Part shown: in pieces, positions 60,518 through 64,000 of the stretch
How positions within the stretch are numbered: position 1 is the stretch's first letter
How the letters are laid out: every line of letters begins with the position of its first letter
Source: Pseudomonadota bacterium
Lineage (GTDB): Bacteria; Pseudomonadota; Alphaproteobacteria; UBA828
Length of the DNA stretch: 64,000 bases
Assembly (NCBI GenBank): GCA_027624955.1
Contig: JAQBTG010000017.1
Location: forward strand, 1,929 to 65,928
Direction of reading: 5' to 3'
Made by a program: the position numbers and the translations under genes
The notes under the pieces: generated by a model
Databases searched by the model: none
Told to the model about the DNA's origin: nothing
What the model saw: only the letters and a program-made list of their open reading frames with translations

Positions 60518-62332
60518 TTAAAGCTCGGCCTCCAACTGATCGACGAAGCCGGAGACGATGTCGAGGCCGCGCGACCAAAAATCTGGCTTGCCGGCATCGA
60601 GGCCAAAGGGCGCTAACAATTCCTTGTGACGCAGCGTGCCACCGGCGCTCAGCATCGCAAAATATTTCTCTTCGAAACCGTCTCCAGACTCCTGATAAAC
60701 CGCGTAGAGCGCGTTCACCAGGCAATCGCCAAAAGCGTAGGCATAGACATAGAACGGCGAATGGATGAAGTGCGGGATATAGGCCCAGAAGTGGCGGTAC
60801 TCGTCATCAAAATGGAGTGCCGGGCCGAGGCTTTCGCTCTGGATCGAGAGCCAGATTTCACCGAGGCGCTCGGGCGTCAACTCGCCCTCGCGGCGCTGTT
60901 CATGCACCTGGCGTTCAAAATCACAAAATGCCACCTGGCGCACCACCGTATTCAACATATCCTCGACTTTGCCAGCGAGCATGATGCGCCGGCGTGACGG
61001 CGATGATTCTGCCTGTAGCAGGGCGCGGAAGGTCAATTGCTCGCCGAATACCGAAGCGGTCTCTGCTAGCGTCAACGGCGTATCCGCCATCAATGCCCCC
61101 TGCGGCCCAGCCAAAACTTGATGCACGCCATGACCGAGTTCATGCGCCAATGTCATCACATCGCGTGTCTTACCCTGGTAATTAAGCAGGAGATATGGGT
61201 GCGCGCTCGGTACGGTCGGATGGGCAAAGGCGCCCGGCGCCTTGCCCGGCGACACCGGCACATCGATCCACGCATTGTCAAAAAACTGCCGGCCTACATC
61301 AGCCAGTTTTGGCGAAAAGGCGTGATAGGCGGAGAGCACCATTTCGACAGCCTCGGGCCATGCAATGGTGCGGTCGTCATCCTCAGGTAAAGGTGCGTTG
61401 CGGTCCCAATAATTCAACTTCTCACCGCCGAGCCAACGCGCCTTAAGATCGTAATAGCGGTGTGACAAACGCGGATAGGATTGCTTGACCGCTTCGACCA
61501 GCGCATCGACAACCTCATCTTCAACCTGATTGCTCAGATTGCGTTCCGAAATCGGGCGGTCGAATTTGCGCCATTTGTCCTCGGTCTCTTTATCTTTGGC
61601 CAGGGTATTGGTGATCAGGGAGAAGGTGCGGATATTTTGGCCGAACACCTTGCCGATGGATTTTGCCGCCGCGCGGCGCCGACTTTCGTCAGGGTCGGAC
61701 AACAGGTTGAGCACTTCGGCGCTGGTTAATTCCTCGCCCAAAACCGGAAAACGCAGCGCCGCAACCGTCTCGTCGAACAGCCGCATCCAGGAGGAGCGCC
61801 CCGACATCTGTTTTTCGTGCAGCAGGCGTTCCAAATCATCGGACAGCTGGTGCGGGCGGTAGGCGCGGACATCGCGCAACCAAGGGTGATAATGGGCGAG
61901 CGCGGGGGTGGTTAGGCGGGCCGTCAGATCGTCATCGTCAATACGGTTCAGTTCCAACGTGAGAAAAAGCAGATCGCTAGAAATATCGGTCGCGGCTTCC
62001 GACAGGTTTTGGAAAAACCGCGCCGTTTCCGGATCCTCCATGTTGGTGCAGTAGCGCAAATAGGCGTAGCTCGTCAGGCGGCCGAGAATTTCCTGAACCG
62101 CCTCATAATCGTTGATCAGTTGAGCCAGCGCCTCACCGTCGAGCGATCCAACCTGTCCGGCATGAGTCTCATTCAGGGTGCGCGCGCGATCCCGGGCGTC
62201 GGCGAGATCGCTTTGCAGCGCTTCGCATTCCGGTCCAGCGTAAAGATCGCTCAGATCCCAGCGCGGCAAATCGCCGAGTTCCGTAATCTTATTGCCCTGT
62301 GTTTTGCTCCGGGTTTCGCTTTGTTGGTTCAT
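60518..62332 (-). CDS. pepF: M3-family oligoendopeptidase (PepF-like)
   Basis: Zinc-binding HEXXH motif (HELGHGVH) and typical M3B length. Start at MNQQSETRS (ATG 62330-62332). Confidence 0.8.
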   Translation of the reverse strand: MNQQSETRSKTQGNKITELGDLPRWDLSDLYAGPECEALQSDLADARDRARTLNETHAGQVGSLDGEALAQLINDYEAVQEILGRLTSYAYLRYCTNMEDPETARFFQNLSEAATDISSDLLFLTLELNRIDDDDLTARLTTPALAHYHPWLRDVRAYRPHQLSDDLERLLHEKQMSGRSSWMRLFDETVAALRFPVLGEELTSAEVLNLLSDPDESRRRAAAKSIGKVFGQNIRTFSLITNTLAKDKETEDKWRKFDRPISERNLSNQVEDEVVDALVEAVKQSYPRLSHRYYDLKARWLGGEKLNYWDRNAPLPEDDDRTIAWPEAVEMVLSAYHAFSPKLADVGRQFFDNAWIDVPVSPGKAPGAFAHPTVPSAHPYLLLNYQGKTRDVMTLAHELGHGVHQVLAGPQGALMADTPLTLAETASVFGEQLTFRALLQAESSPSRRRIMLAGKVEDMLNTVVRQVAFCDFERQVHEQRREGELTPERLGEIWLSIQSESLGPALHFDDEYRHFWAYIPHFIHSPFYVYAYAFGDCLVNALYAVYQESGDGFEEKYFAMLSAGGTLRHKELLAPFGLDAGKPDFWSRGLDIVSGFVDQLEAEL

Positions 62333-62487
62333 ATTCGCGTTCCTGCGCCATGGATGAATCCGGATCATAGCGGCCTGGAGGGCTGCGCGGCAAAGCCCGT
62401 CTGGTCGAATTTATCGTGCCGCTTGGTGCGTGCACCCTTCTCGCTTTATCATGCGGCAAAACAGGAAGCGAAACGGGGAGTTCCGGG

Positions 62488-64000
62488 GTGACCTACGACA
62501 CGTGGAAAAGCCTACCCAGCATGTTTTTCGAAATCGCCGAGCAAGGCGGCGACGGTGCATTCATGTGGAAAAAGGAGGCCGGCAGTTACACGCAGCTGTC
62601 CTGGCACGACACCGCCCGACACGTGCGCGAGATGGCCAAGGGCTTGGCGGCGCTCGGCGTCAACGCCGGCGACCGGGTCGTGATTGTGGCGGAAAACCGG
62701 CCAGAATGGGTGATCGCTGACCTTGCCATTATGGCTCTCGGCGCCATCAGCGTGCCGGCCTATACCACCAATACGACCCGCGACCACCGCCATGTGCTCG
62801 CCGATTGTGGCGCCAAGGGCGTCATCGTTTCGACGCGTGCACTCGCCGCGCGTTTGCTGCCTGCCGCCGCTGAGACTGACGCGACCGAGTTCATCGTCAG
62901 CATGGAGGCGACCGAATCCGGCGCCTTCGATACGGCGCTCTACGACTGGGCTGCCGTCATGGCAATGGGTGCGGCCTCGGAGCATGATCTTGAGCCCGGT
63001 CTGCAAGAGCTGACGCGCGCGAATGTCGCTTGCCTGATCTATACTTCGGGCACCGGGGGCAATCCCAAAGGAGTGATGCTGAGCCACGGCGCGATCCTGA
63101 TCAATTGTCACTCGGCATGCGAATTGCTGCGCCTGTTGGGCCTTGGCGACGAAATTTTTCTCTCCTTCCTGCCGCTCAGCCACGCCTATGAACATACCGC
63201 CGGGCTTTATTTTCCGATCTCGATCAAGGCGCAAATCTATTACGCCGAAAGCATCGAAACGCTGAGCGCAAACCTGATCGAGGCGCGGCCCACGATTATG
63301 GTGAGCGTGCCGCGTCTCTATGAGGTTATGCACCGGCGAATTGTGCTCGGCCTCAAGCGCCAGAGCGCATTCAAGCGATCGCTGTTTGCCAAGGCGGTGG
63401 CCTTGGGGCGCAAGGATTATGAAAAACCGGGCAGCCTCGGCGCCGTACAGGGCGCGCTTAACCGGGTGCTCGAACGTCTGGTGCGCGACAAAGTGCGCGC
63501 GCGCTTCGGCGGGCGCCTGAAGGCGATGATATCGGGCGGCGCACCGCTCAATCCGGAGGTCGGCATTTTCTTCACCGCGCTCGGCGTTCGATTGTTGCAG
63601 GGCTATGGCCAGACCGAAGCGGCACCGGTGATCAGCTGCAACCCGCCCTACAAAGTGAAGCTGCATACGGTTGGCCCGGTGCTCGAGCGGGTCGAAGTTA
63701 AGATCGCCGAAGACGGTGAAATTCTGGCGCGCGGCGAGATGATCATGAACGGCTATTGGAACGATGAAACCAGCACCAACGCCGTGTTGCGCGACGGCTG
63801 GCTGCATACCGGCGATATCGGCCATCTCGACGACGATGGCTATATCCAGATTACCGACCGCAAAAAGGACATCATCGTGCTGTCAGGCGGCGACAATTTA
63901 TCGCCGCAGCGGGTTGAAGGCACGCTGACGCTGCAGCCGGAAATCGGCCAAGCCATGGTTTACGGCGACAAGCATGCCCATATCGTCGCGCTGATCGTGC
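62488..64000 (+). CDS. AMP-dependent synthetase/ligase (long-chain-fatty-acid--CoA ligase-like), 3' end outside the window
   Basis: Not in the ORF track because it has no in-window stop. Translating from GTG 62488 gives the AMP-binding box IYTSGTGGNPKGVML and the GYGQTEAAP motif. The minus-strand 437-aa ORF at 62512-63825 is its antisense shadow. Confidence 0.8.
   Translation, partial: MTYDTWKSLPSMFFEIAEQGGDGAFMWKKEAGSYTQLSWHDTARHVREMAKGLAALGVNAGDRVVIVAENRPEWVIADLAIMALGAISVPAYTTNTTRDHRHVLADCGAKGVIVSTRALAARLLPAAAETDATEFIVSMEATESGAFDTALYDWAAVMAMGAASEHDLEPGLQELTRANVACLIYTSGTGGNPKGVMLSHGAILINCHSACELLRLLGLGDEIFLSFLPLSHAYEHTAGLYFPISIKAQIYYAESIETLSANLIEARPTIMVSVPRLYEVMHRRIVLGLKRQSAFKRSLFAKAVALGRKDYEKPGSLGAVQGALNRVLERLVRDKVRARFGGRLKAMISGGAPLNPEVGIFFTALGVRLLQGYGQTEAAPVISCNPPYKVKLHTVGPVLERVEVKIAEDGEILARGEMIMNGYWNDETSTNAVLRDGWLHTGDIGHLDDDGYIQITDRKKDIIVLSGGDNLSPQRVEGTLTLQPEIGQAMVYGDKHAHIVALIV

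Noticed and set aside
62512-63825. 437-aa minus-strand ORF
   Set aside because: It is the antisense shadow of the plus-strand AMP-dependent ligase gene (62488-64000), which has clear AMP-binding motifs. There are no motifs on the minus-strand frame.
1-64000. tRNA, rRNA, CRISPR or mobile element search
   Set aside because: None of the intergenic gaps showed tRNA T-loop-like GGTTCGAATCC/GTTCAAATC boxes with cloverleaf context. There are no repeat-spacer arrays and no integrase or transposase-like ORFs. The scan was by eye only, so a small structured RNA cannot be excluded.

Overview
This window looks like a GC-rich (about 60%) alphaproteobacterial chromosomal segment that is densely coding and made up almost entirely of core metabolism genes. 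I did not see any tRNA, rRNA, CRISPR array, integrase or transposase. All motif and domain assignments come from reading the supplied translations, since no database search was possible. The recognisable genes are: a CHASE2-type adenylate cyclase (5' partial), map, radC, and an ATP-dependent hydantoinase-like cluster (hyuA-hyuB-hyuE-like with a second, divergently oriented racemase-family gene). Then purB, an SDR, a split TPP-dependent decarboxylase (ComD/ComE-like) next to DUF1476, an NRDE-family protein, purC-purS-purQ-purL, bolA-grxD, a YgiD-like dioxygenase, an alpha-carbonic anhydrase, and rpsD. A long minus-strand run follows: trmJ, cimA-like, cysS, nadE, pncB-like, class II DAHP synthase, gor, gabD. 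After that come panE, an MmyB-like regulator, an Atm1-like ABC exporter, hemolysin III, single-chain methylmalonyl-CoA mutase, a DUF1611 plus dipeptide-epimerase pair, a translationally coupled cysK-alaX-sseA operon, and a 700-bp AT-rich intergenic island. The remainder holds a tandem NTF2 protein with DUF1192, qor, DUF1013, a CoA transferase, hldE, two divergent DUF465 genes, a GGDEF cyclase, purE, a COQ9-like gene with 24-bp tandem repeats at its 3' end, def, rpsU, pntAA-pntAB-pntB, a UbiB/ABC1-like kinase, an M3 oligoendopeptidase, and a 3' partial acyl-CoA ligase. The most interesting loci for follow-up are the hyu-like cluster with two racemase-family genes and no carbamoylase, the orphan ComDE-like pair, the DUF1611/epimerase pair, the cysK-alaX-sseA operon, the 45.15-45.85 kb intergenic island, and the COQ9 C-terminal repeat expansion.
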